From: Haliotis rubra
Lineage: Eukaryota
Reading direction: 5' to 3'
Length of the DNA stretch: 64,000 nucleotides
Assembly (NCBI RefSeq): GCF_003918875.1
Contig: NW_025767042.1
Location: forward strand, 372,001 to 436,000
The notes under the pieces: model-generated
What the model saw: only the letters and a program-made list of their open reading frames with translations
Told to the model about the DNA's origin: nothing
The model's database searches: none
Shown: piece by piece, positions 63,515 to 64,000 of the stretch
How the letters are laid out: every line of letters starts with the position of its first letter
Numbering within the stretch: position 1 is the first letter of the stretch
Program-made: the position numbers and the translations under genes

Positions 63515-64000
63515 ATTTGCAACGTGAGTGAGGAGGTATGCTTTAAGCAATATTCCAGCAATATGACGGCGGGGGACACCCGAAATGGGCTTTATACATA
63601 GTACCCATATGGGGAATCAAACCCGGGTCTCCTGCGTGACGAGCGAACGCTTTAAACCACTAGGCTACATCCCTGCCCTTCGAAATTGGAGGGACCTGCA
63701 TAAATACTTCGAGTTTTCTGAGGTTCAACTCAACCAGAAAATGGTGATGAGATAGAAAAAAACAAAAAACCTCCCACACAAGGATCAAACCGTGAGGTCG
63801 AGAAATCAAAGTTCGACAAAGTGGAGTAAGACTACTCATTACCTTTTATTCAGAGCTTTTTTTCAAATCATTAGAATTAAGAAGAGACTTTCTCAAGATG
63901 ATAATCGACCTCATATATAGCGTAAAGCACGTTTGTGTATACATAAGCATGTATCTGTGCGCTCTTTATATACATATGCGATAACAAATGCGCCAACATT

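Overview
AT-rich, repeat-dense animal genomic DNA, probably a mollusc and possibly an abalone (inferred only from the SINE families). It holds two conserved, divergently transcribed intron-containing genes. (1) PQLC1/SLC66A2, a PQ-loop transporter on the minus strand, has clean coding exons at 46176-46402, 35100-35316 and 34224-34413; its middle exon is recognisable at ~44816-44970 but is scrambled together with sequence from 2 kb away, probably an assembly-consensus mosaic. (2) TIMM21 on the plus strand is complete, with 6 exons, 238 aa, 57049-62315. The rest is mostly mobile DNA: more than 45 copies of three short retroposon families sharing a LINE-type 3' tail (A, tRNA-Asp-like; B, no tRNA head but a structured 5' end; C, RUDI-like); an internally deleted PIF/Harbinger with a transposase remnant and MADF gene, whose empty site survives in a neighbouring duplicate; a P-like fold-back MITE; three Penelope-like palindromes carrying variant minimal hammerhead ribozyme motifs with covarying helix II; Crypton-like elements carrying CRE clusters; Helentron-like satellite carriers; decayed LINE fragments; and many minisatellites, including a 48-bp array built from a TIMM21 splice acceptor. 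Most of the supplied short ORFs are spurious translations of repeats. No CRISPR, rRNA or intact tRNA genes were seen.
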